The notes beneath the pieces were generated by a model. It was not told the origin of the DNA. It did no database searches and saw only the letters and a list, made by a program, of their open reading frames with translations. A program made the translations under genes and the position numbers. DNA of 64,000 nucleotides, taken from positions 3,951 to 67,950 of the forward strand of contig JABSRZ010000007.1 of the NCBI GenBank assembly GCA_013214705.1, given 5' to 3'. Positions 56,652 to 64,000 of this stretch are shown one piece after another (the first letter of the stretch is position 1; each line of letters begins with the position of its first letter). Source of the stretch: Hyphomicrobiales bacterium. Its GTDB lineage: Bacteria > Pseudomonadota > Alphaproteobacteria > Rhizobiales > OSC116.

Positions 56652-58025
56652 TTATTTGGTGTTTTTATCTCTAAATCTAGATGCCCAGTCGGTGATTTCG
56701 ATTTGTTGAGCGCGTGTGAGCGCCAATGCGTTGGCCGATACGTCATTTGTCACCACACTGCCAGAGCCGATATAACTGCCATCGGCAATATTTAGTGGCG
56801 CAACCAAAGAGCTGTTAGAGCCAACAAATGCGCCTTTGCCAATGATGGTTTGAAATTTGTTAAAGCCATCATAATTGCAGGTGATGGTGCCCGCGCCAAT
56901 ATTGGCTTTTTCGCCAATTATGGCATCGCCAATATAACTGAGATGGTTAACTTTAGCGCCGTCTTTAATGATGGTTTTTTTGGTTTCGACAAAATTACCA
57001 ATTTTGGCTTTGTTGCCAATTTCACTGCCTTCCCGCAAACGTGCATAAGGGCCGATATTGGCATTTTGACCGATGGTTATGGGGTTGGATTTTGTGCCTG
57101 ATATATGCGAGAAAGCCAAAATATTGGCGCCTTGCTTAATGCTAACATAGCCGTTTATCACCACATTGGGTTCGATGGTAACATCGGCTTCAATATGTGC
57201 GTGTGCCGATAAATAAACACTTAACGGGTCAATCAACGTCACGCCATCACGCATGGCAGCTTCGCGCAATTGGTTTTGATAAATAGTTTCGGCTTGGGCC
57301 AATTGCACACGGTCATTAATGCCTAAAGTTTCTATTTCGGCGCAATGGCTAGCTGTGACTTTTAGGCTTAAAGAATTGGCAATTTCAACACAGTCAGTTA
57401 AATAATATTCGCCAGAGGCATTTTTATTATCGATTTTGGTCAGCAAATCCAGCAAATGTTTGGCGCGAAATGCCATTATGCCCGAGTTACAAAGCCTGAC
57501 TTTGCGCTCGGTATCGGTGGCATCTTTATATTCGCGTATGGCGGTTAAATCGTCATCTTTGTCAGTCAACAATCTGCCATATTGTGCCGGGTCTTTTGGG
57601 GTGAAGCCCAGCACCACTAGGTCATCGCCAGCTTTAATTTTGTCGATCATAACATTTAGCGTGTCGGGTTGTACAAACGGCGTATCGGCATATAATACCA
57701 ATATTATGCCATCAGGTGCCTTGCTAGCGGCTTGCTGAATTTGTGTTTTGGCCATCAAGACTGCATGCCCGGTGCCAAGTTTTTTGGCCTGTTTGGCTAG
57801 TTTAGCTGAGCTGTTATCGGCGATATATTGGGTCGTGGCGGCTTCGTCGGGGTCTATAACCACCACAATATTTTTGGCATTCATTTTATTTTGGCATAGA
57901 TTTAAAACATGACCAACAAGCGGCATACCACCAATTTTATGCATCATTTTATGAATATTTGATTTCATCCGCGTGCCTTTGCCGGCAGCCAAAATAATGC
58001 AGGTTAAATCTGTGGTCTCGTGCAT
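56652..58025 (-). CDS. glmU: Bifunctional UDP-N-acetylglucosamine pyrophosphorylase / GlcN-1-P N-acetyltransferase
   Basis: LAAGKGTRMKS nucleotidyltransferase motif and a C-terminal left-handed beta-helix of hexapeptide repeats. I chose ATG at 58025. Confidence 0.9.
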   Translation of the reverse strand: MHETTDLTCIILAAGKGTRMKSNIHKMMHKIGGMPLVGHVLNLCQNKMNAKNIVVVIDPDEAATTQYIADNSSAKLAKQAKKLGTGHAVLMAKTQIQQAASKAPDGIILVLYADTPFVQPDTLNVMIDKIKAGDDLVVLGFTPKDPAQYGRLLTDKDDDLTAIREYKDATDTERKVRLCNSGIMAFRAKHLLDLLTKIDNKNASGEYYLTDCVEIANSLSLKVTASHCAEIETLGINDRVQLAQAETIYQNQLREAAMRDGVTLIDPLSVYLSAHAHIEADVTIEPNVVINGYVSIKQGANILAFSHISGTKSNPITIGQNANIGPYARLREGSEIGNKAKIGNFVETKKTIIKDGAKVNHLSYIGDAIIGEKANIGAGTITCNYDGFNKFQTIIGKGAFVGSNSSLVAPLNIADGSYIGSGSVVTNDVSANALALTRAQQIEITDWASRFRDKNTK

Positions 58026-58204
58026 GACATTCCTAAAAAATAAATTATATAAATTCTTATCCAATTGGGTAACGTAAAATTAACAATAATATAACTTAAA
58101 AATGCTACTGCTATTTTTAGAGCTAATCGATTTACTAATACTCCGAATCCATTTACTTATGGTAAATAAAATTAAATGGTTGTCATAAATAGGCCAAAAA
58201 CAAA

Positions 58205-58882
58205 ATGAACATAGAAACCGATCAGATAATGCCTAAAACAGCCGATTTAAACTCCAATATTAAATCGCATCCGGCCAATGTCGAATATAAAATGCCTAAA
58301 AATAAGCGCACTAAACATAATAAAGTTGGCATGATGTATTTTTTGTCTTGGGGCGCGATGGCGGTTTTTTCTATCGCTAGCCTTTCGGTTATCGTGCTGA
58401 ATGAGGGCGGGGTCAATAATGCTATGCAAACGGCGGCTTTTAATAAGCTTAACCGCCAAATCACCGAAAATAGATTTTTAGGTGGCGATTCACTACCAAC
58501 AGCATCCATTACATTAGGCGGTAGGTCCAATTCAGTTAATTCGGTTACTGTACCCAACAAAAATAAATTCATACCCTTTGGTGAAGAGGCAACCGCAACT
58601 GTCATAGGCTCTACCTATTTTGCGGTATATTTGGGGCAAAGCGACAGCAAAGCTAAAATATTAGATTTGTGGTATCAGACAAAAAGTAAAAATAGCATGC
58701 TGTTTGGCTTGCATGAAGCGGCGTATCATTATGATAAAGCTAGTGGCAAATATAATTTGGTGGTTGGTAAATTTGTAGATTTAAATCAGACGATACAATT
58801 TTGTGCCGAATTAAAATTTAATGACATTGCCTGCCAATATGACGAAAAATATGTTAATATGCAAACCACATCAATCAATTAA
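58205..58882 (+). CDS. Membrane-anchored protein with C-terminal SPOR-like domain
   Basis: One TM (MMYFLSWGAMAVFSIASLSVIVL). The C-terminus YFAVYLGQSDSKAKILDLW...YNLVVGKFVDLNQTIQFCAELKFNDIACQY fits the SPOR pattern. Confidence 0.55.
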   Translation: MNIETDQIMPKTADLNSNIKSHPANVEYKMPKNKRTKHNKVGMMYFLSWGAMAVFSIASLSVIVLNEGGVNNAMQTAAFNKLNRQITENRFLGGDSLPTASITLGGRSNSVNSVTVPNKNKFIPFGEEATATVIGSTYFAVYLGQSDSKAKILDLWYQTKSKNSMLFGLHEAAYHYDKASGKYNLVVGKFVDLNQTIQFCAELKFNDIACQYDEKYVNMQTTSIN

Positions 58883-58897
58883 CGCAACGTTTTTGTA

Positions 58898-59842
58898 TTA
58901 GTCTTGGGCTTGGTTTGCGGCTAATTTGATATGATCGGCTATCGACAAAGCTTCTATATAGATTCGTTTCACAGCTTTAAAATTGGTTTTGATTTCGCGT
59001 TCTAGACTGGCAATGCTTTGTTCCACATCGCCGGCTTTGATTTCATCATCAAAATCTATACTCAACGCCACCAAAATGTCACGCGGCCCCATATGCATTG
59101 TGCGCAAATCATTAATGCCGATAATTCTGGGGTCTTGGCTGACAATGTGTTTGATTTTGTCGGTCAATTGAGGTGACGCCGCCTCGCCTATTAACAGGCC
59201 TTTGGTTTCACGCGCCAATATCATCGCCGTGCCAGCCAGAATGAGCCCAATAACCACCGAAGCGATGCCATCAAAAACAGGCATGTTCATTTGGTCGGCC
59301 ATATAAACGCCGATGAGCGCCACCATCAGACCTAATAAAGCCGCGCTATCTTCGAACAGAACCACAAATGTGGTTGGGTCTTTGGAATTTTTTATCGAAT
59401 TCCACACCCCCATATCGCCGCGCTGCTTGTTAAATTCTTTGAGCGCGATAAACCAGACGATTAATTCAAATACAAAAGATGCCGACAGAACAATATAATT
59501 TATATAGGCATTTTCTATCGGATGTGGTGCGTATATTTTGGCAATGCCTTCATATAAAGCTACAGTCGCGCCAAGCCCAAATACCGAAATGGCGACGATG
59601 AAGCTCCAAAAATATAGCTCCATGCCATAACCAAATGGATGTTTGTCATCTGCGACCTTTTTTGACTTGTTTAGACCGTATAAAAGCAGAACTTGGTTGC
59701 CAGTATCGACCAACGAATGAATGGCTTCTGACAGCATTGCAGAGCTTTTTGTCATGGAGGCAGCGGCGAATTTAATGATTGAAATTAGCAAATTGCCGAC
59801 AAGCGCGGCATATATGACTTTTTTTGAACCATGTGCAGACAT
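58898..59842 (-). CDS. Cation diffusion facilitator (CDF) family metal efflux transporter
   Basis: 314 aa. Six TM with the HSLVD metal-site motif in TM2, plus a C-terminal cytoplasmic domain. Confidence 0.85.
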   Translation of the reverse strand: MSAHGSKKVIYAALVGNLLISIIKFAAASMTKSSAMLSEAIHSLVDTGNQVLLLYGLNKSKKVADDKHPFGYGMELYFWSFIVAISVFGLGATVALYEGIAKIYAPHPIENAYINYIVLSASFVFELIVWFIALKEFNKQRGDMGVWNSIKNSKDPTTFVVLFEDSAALLGLMVALIGVYMADQMNMPVFDGIASVVIGLILAGTAMILARETKGLLIGEAASPQLTDKIKHIVSQDPRIIGINDLRTMHMGPRDILVALSIDFDDEIKAGDVEQSIASLEREIKTNFKAVKRIYIEALSIADHIKLAANQAQD

Positions 59843-60019
59843 AAAATACCCCTCTAAATAGCTGTATATAGTTATTTATCCGCATGTTTAAATGATTCTG
59901 TGCAGAAAATCTAAATTTAAAACAATCAAAGCCTTAATAAGCCATTAATGATTTCTGATATGCGCTAGACTGGCTTATAATTAAGCTTCGAATCATATTA
60001 ATTGCGATTGGTATTTATA

Positions 60020-62860
60020 GTGTCAGATAACGAAACTCCATCAGACGAAAATTCTCCACAATTGCCTGCTAGCCTCCCCAGTGATGTTATTTTGGTGAAT
60101 ATTGAAGATGAGATGAAAAAATCCTATCTGGATTACGCGATGAGCGTGATTGTGAGCCGGGCGTTACCTGATGTTAGAGATGGTTTAAAACCCGTTCATC
60201 GGCGTATTTTATTCTCGATGCATGAAAATAATTACGATTGGAATAAAGCTTACCGCAAGTCAGCACGGGTGGTGGGCGATGTTATTGGTAAATATCACCC
60301 ACATGGTGACCAATCTATTTATGACGCTTTGGTGCGTATGGCGCAACATTTTTCGTTGCGCTTGCCGCTGTTGGATGGCCAAGGTAACTTTGGTTCTGTC
60401 GATGGCGATAAAGCTGCGGCGATGCGCTATACCGAAGTACGGATGGAAAAAGTTGCCCACGCGCTGATGTCAGACCTGGATAAAGACACGGTTGAGTTTC
60501 AAGAAAATTATGACAATAGCGAGAGTGAGCCAACGGTTTTGCCATCGCGGTTTCCAAACCTATTGGTCAACGGCGCAGGCGGCATTGCTGTGGGCATGGC
60601 AACCAATATTCCGCCGCATAATTTGGGCGAAATTATCGATGCAACCATAGCCACAGTTAACCAGCCAGATATTTCGCTAGATGAATTGCAAGAGATTATT
60701 AAAGGCCCAGATTTTCCGACCGGTGGTTATATATTGGGCACGGCGGGTATTAAATCGGCCTATGAAACTGGCCGTGGCTCGGTGATGATGCGGGCAAAGT
60801 TAAGTACCGAAGAAATTCGCAAAGACCGTGAAGCCATTGTGATCACTGAAATTCCGTTTCAGGTCAATAAAACAACATTAATTGAAAAAATTGCTGAATT
60901 GGTGAGAGACAAACGAGTCGAAGGCATTTCGGACATTCGGGACGAATCTGACCGCGATGGCATGCGCATTGTTATTGAGGTTAAGCGCGATGGAGTGCCG
61001 GATGTGATTATCAACCAATTATACCGGTATAGCCAATTGCAGACTAGCTTTGGCTGCAACATGGTGGCGCTTAATCATGGCCGGCCCGGCCTATTGAATT
61101 TGCAAGATTTTTTAACCGCCTTTGTCAGCTTCCGCGAGGAAGTTGTCACGCGCCGGACTAAATTTTTGCTCAACAAAGCCCGTGACCGCGCGCATGTATT
61201 GGTTGGTTTGGCGATCGCTGTGGCAAATATCGATGAAATTATTAAACTTATTCGGGCTGCGCCAAATACCCAAGCCGCCCGTGAGCAGCTTATGCAGCGC
61301 AATTGGCCAGTTGGTGACATAGAGCCATTAATACAGCTGATTGCCGACCCACGCCATGTTGTGAGTTCAGACGGCACTTATAGGTTATCTGAAGCCCAAG
61401 CCCGCGCTATTTTAGAGCTGCGTTTGGCACGTTTGACCGCTATGGGAATGAATGAAATTGGTGATGAGTTAAACAAATTGGGCGAAGAAATAAAAGATTA
61501 TCTGGATATTTTAGGCTCCCGTGAACGGGTGATGAGTATAATTCGACAAGAATTGACAGAAATTAAAGATGAATTTGCCACCCCTAGACGCACTGAGATA
61601 TTGGGCAATGTTGGCGATTTCGACGACGAGGATATGATACCTAAAGAAGACATGGTGGTGACTGTGTCGCATAAAGGTTATATCAAACGCGTGGCTCTAA
61701 ACACCTATCGGGCTCAGCGCCGCGGTGGCAAAGGCCGTAGTGGCATGAACACCCGCGATGAAGATTTTGTGACCAATATTTTTGTGCTCAATACCCACAC
61801 ACCGGTGTTATTCTTCTCCTCTAAAGGCATGGTTTATAAGTTAAAAGTTTGGCGTTTGCCCATCGGCAGCCCGACATCTATCGGCAAAGCGCTGATTAAT
61901 TTATTGCCGTTAGACCAAGGTGAAAACATCACCACAATTATGCCATTACCAAGTGGCGATGAGGATATTAGCGAGCTTAACATTATGTTTGCGACCAAGC
62001 AGGGCAATGTGAGACGCAATGAATTGTCCGATTTTGTTCAGGTCAATAAGGGCGGTAAAATCGCCATGAAACTGAGCGAAGGCGATGAGATTGTATCGGT
62101 GCAAATTTGTACCGATGGAAATGATGTATTATTGGCAACTACGGCTGGCCGCTCCATTCGCTTTGCCGTTAGCAATGTGCGGGTATTTGTTGGCCGCTCA
62201 TCATCTGGTGTGCGCGGCATAAGGCTTGGCGACAATGTCGAGGTTATCTCGATGGCGATATTAAACCATATTGATATCACATCAGCTGATGCCAGAGCCT
62301 ATGTTAAACATTCCAATGCCTTAAGACGTTTGGCTAATCAAGAAGGTGAAGACGTTGTCGAGGTTGAAGACACCAATGATGATGCAAATGAAGAAGCGGT
62401 CATATTGTCAGACGAGCGGATAGAAGAATTGAAAAATGCCGAAGAATATATTTTGACTCTGTCTAAAAACGGCTTTGGCAAGCGCACCAGTGCTTATGAA
62501 TATCGGGTAACTGGCCGTGGCGGCAAAGGCATTGTAGCCATGGGCATATCAAAACGAAATGGCGATTTAATTGCCTCATTCCCAGTGGCTGAAACTGACC
62601 AAATAATGCTGGTGACCGATGGCGGACAATTGATACGCTGCCCACTTGCCGATATAAGAATTGGCGGCCGAAGCACGCAAGGTGTGACTATATTTAAAAC
62701 CGCGAAACAAGAGCAAGTTGTATCGGTTGGTAGAATTAGTGACTTAGAGGGTGACGATGGCGAGGAAGATGGTGCAGATGCCACTGATGAGGCTGACAAT
62801 GTTGAAACAGCTACTGATGACGCTGCTGAAACATCGCCAGATAAACAAAGTGATGATTGA
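60020..62860 (+). CDS. gyrA: DNA gyrase subunit A
   Basis: [38 protein letters not shown]-type [30 protein letters not shown] (active-site Tyr), a beta-pinwheel CTD, and an acidic C-terminal tail. I prefer the GTG at 60020; the ORF track starts at a TTG at 60002. Confidence 0.95.
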   Translation: MSDNETPSDENSPQLPASLPSDVILVNIEDEMKKSYLDYAMSVIVSRALPDVRDGLKPVHRRILFSMHENNYDWNKAYRKSARVVGDVIGKYHPHGDQSIYDALVRMAQHFSLRLPLLDGQGNFGSVDGDKAAAMRYTEVRMEKVAHALMSDLDKDTVEFQENYDNSESEPTVLPSRFPNLLVNGAGGIAVGMATNIPPHNLGEIIDATIATVNQPDISLDELQEIIKGPDFPTGGYILGTAGIKSAYETGRGSVMMRAKLSTEEIRKDREAIVITEIPFQVNKTTLIEKIAELVRDKRVEGISDIRDESDRDGMRIVIEVKRDGVPDVIINQLYRYSQLQTSFGCNMVALNHGRPGLLNLQDFLTAFVSFREEVVTRRTKFLLNKARDRAHVLVGLAIAVANIDEIIKLIRAAPNTQAAREQLMQRNWPVGDIEPLIQLIADPRHVVSSDGTYRLSEAQARAILELRLARLTAMGMNEIGDELNKLGEEIKDYLDILGSRERVMSIIRQELTEIKDEFATPRRTEILGNVGDFDDEDMIPKEDMVVTVSHKGYIKRVALNTYRAQRRGGKGRSGMNTRDEDFVTNIFVLNTHTPVLFFSSKGMVYKLKVWRLPIGSPTSIGKALINLLPLDQGENITTIMPLPSGDEDISELNIMFATKQGNVRRNELSDFVQVNKGGKIAMKLSEGDEIVSVQICTDGNDVLLATTAGRSIRFAVSNVRVFVGRSSSGVRGIRLGDNVEVISMAILNHIDITSADARAYVKHSNALRRLANQEGEDVVEVEDTNDDANEEAVILSDERIEELKNAEEYILTLSKNGFGKRTSAYEYRVTGRGGKGIVAMGISKRNGDLIASFPVAETDQIMLVTDGGQLIRCPLADIRIGGRSTQGVTIFKTAKQEQVVSVGRISDLEGDDGEEDGADATDEADNVETATDDAAETSPDKQSDD

Positions 62861-62863
62861 TTT

Positions 62864-63340
62864 ATGAGCAAACGCATTGGCATTTTTGGTGGTAGTTTCG
62901 ATCCGTTAACATTCGGGCATATCGACATCATTGAAAGAGGCTTGAAATTGGTCGATGAATTGGTGGTGGCTATTGGCAACCAACATCATAAGTCTGCCAT
63001 TTTTAGCGCCAAAGAACGCGCAGTGTTGATTGCAGATTGTATAAAATCGGATAAATTGAAAATTGTCACCTTTGATGGTTTGTTAGTAGATGAAGCCAAG
63101 CGCTGCGGAGCCAATTTTTTAATGCGATCGTTGAGAAATAGCCAAGATTTCGAATATGAAAAAAGCATGGCGGCATTTAATTTTGATATGGCGGGCATAG
63201 AAACCATAAATCTATTTTCAGCGCCGCAATATGCGCATATATCATCGAGTTTGGTGCGCCAAATCGCAAAATTAGATGGCGATATAACCAAATTTGTGCC
63301 ACAAAACATCATCACCAGCCTAAAAAACAAACTGAATTGA
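62864..63340 (+). CDS. coaD: Phosphopantetheine adenylyltransferase
   Basis: GIFGGSFDPLTFGHIDII (HxGH nucleotidyltransferase motif), ISSSLVRQI. Confidence 0.9.
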   Translation: MSKRIGIFGGSFDPLTFGHIDIIERGLKLVDELVVAIGNQHHKSAIFSAKERAVLIADCIKSDKLKIVTFDGLLVDEAKRCGANFLMRSLRNSQDFEYEKSMAAFNFDMAGIETINLFSAPQYAHISSSLVRQIAKLDGDITKFVPQNIITSLKNKLN

Positions 63341-63355
63341 ATATGGGGTTATATT

Positions 63356-63973
63356 GTGAATTTAAACCGTGTTAAAATAGTGTTTGCCATCGCGGCGTTG
63401 TTAATTTTATTTGGCATATTTGCCTATTTTAACAATGTGCCCGACCCGTATATTGATGAGGGATTAGCCCCGCCAGCCATTGAAGCTGGGGCATCTGGCA
63501 ATCAATATCCGGCGCTCAAAATCGAAAATACGCTTTATATCAATGTAAAATCGGGGGTGATAAAAATTCAACTATTGCCTGATGTGGCACCGCAACATGT
63601 TAAACGCATTAAAACCTTTGCCACCCAAGGTTTTTATGATGGGGTTGTTTTTCACCGGGTGATTGATGGCTTTATGGCACAAACCGGCGACCCTGACGGC
63701 ACTGGCCGTGGTGGCTCAGACTTGCCCGATTTAAAAGCCGAATTTACCCAAAAATATGGCTTCGAACGCGGGGTGATTGGCATGGCCAGAGCCCGATCGG
63801 ATGACAGTGCCAATAGCCAATTTTTTATAATGTTGAATGAAGCGCCGCATCTGAATGGTGGGTATACCATATTTGGGCGGGTGGTCGATGGTATGAACGC
63901 GGTTGACAATATTGCCAAGGGCGAGCCACCAGCTAAGCCAGACAAAATGATTAAAATGTATTTAGAACCGTAA
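63356..63973 (+). CDS. Cyclophilin-type peptidyl-prolyl cis-trans isomerase, membrane-anchored or secreted
   Basis: FHRVIDGFMAQTGDP...SANSQFFIM cyclophilin core with an N-terminal hydrophobic segment. GTG start. Confidence 0.9.
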   Translation: MNLNRVKIVFAIAALLILFGIFAYFNNVPDPYIDEGLAPPAIEAGASGNQYPALKIENTLYINVKSGVIKIQLLPDVAPQHVKRIKTFATQGFYDGVVFHRVIDGFMAQTGDPDGTGRGGSDLPDLKAEFTQKYGFERGVIGMARARSDDSANSQFFIMLNEAPHLNGGYTIFGRVVDGMNAVDNIAKGEPPAKPDKMIKMYLEP

Positions 63974-64000
63974 TTTAGAATAATTGATAACTTAAAATGG

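Noticed and set aside
62494-62979. Long ORFs antisense to well-supported genes. Examples: 62494-62979(-) 161 aa inside gyrA/coaD, 6724-7188(-) inside the PCP gene, 19806-20375(-) inside dctD, 38551-39066(+) inside the dehydrogenase gene, 48796-49263(+) inside mfd, and 40078-40458(-) inside ilvA.
   Set aside because: Each lies entirely opposite a gene with strong family motifs. Their translations are low-complexity (S/A/P/L-rich) with no recognisable domains, start-site signals or independent intergenic context. They are typical shadow ORFs.
1-64000. Window-wide check for CRISPR arrays, defence islands, toxin-antitoxin pairs, retrons/DGRs (reverse transcriptases), transposases and large repeats.
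   Set aside because: I saw no spaced direct-repeat arrays and no nuclease, helicase or ATPase genes of unknown function. Every ORF over 150 aa outside shadow frames has a plausible housekeeping or transporter assignment. By-eye scanning cannot exclude short dispersed repeats; a self-dot-plot would settle that.

Overview
This is a 64-kb chromosomal segment, roughly 40% GC by eye. It most likely comes from an alphaproteobacterium: it has a divK-pleD pair with a DUF3572 neighbour, an IalB-family protein, a GTTC-N7-GTTC SOS box, the sdhE-mfd/recG arrangement, and rplM-rpsI near argC. I support 58 protein genes, one tRNA-Thr(UGU), several intrinsic terminators and a few regulatory sites. The content is mostly housekeeping. 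DNA-transaction genes: parC, gyrA, recO, mfd, recG, dinB. Translation and cell-envelope genes: rplM-rpsI, glmU-glmS, argC, coaD. Three accessory-looking blocks: (i) a Wzy-type polysaccharide locus at 1.3-9.4 kb; (ii) a sigma-54/DctBD-controlled TRAP dicarboxylate system at 16.6-24.1 kb; (iii) small regulator/transporter modules, namely YtrA-type GntR plus ABC, and sdpR-sdpI-like. I found no CRISPR array, integrase, transposase, phage gene or recognisable defence island, and no convincing novel multi-gene system. The signals most worth a second look are: (1) a strong dif-like XerC/XerD site about 110 bp downstream of parC, suggesting the window spans the replication terminus; (2) an alphaproteobacterial LexA box in front of a HAD-phosphatase-like gene plus dinB operon; (3) an ANL-superfamily (acyl-CoA synthetase-like) protein with degenerate core adenylation motifs; (4) a polysaccharide co-polymerase whose C-terminal BY-kinase domain has lost its Walker motifs; (5) a family III CoA-transferase translationally coupled to dctB-dctD. 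All functional calls come from reading motifs in the supplied translations; no database search was possible.
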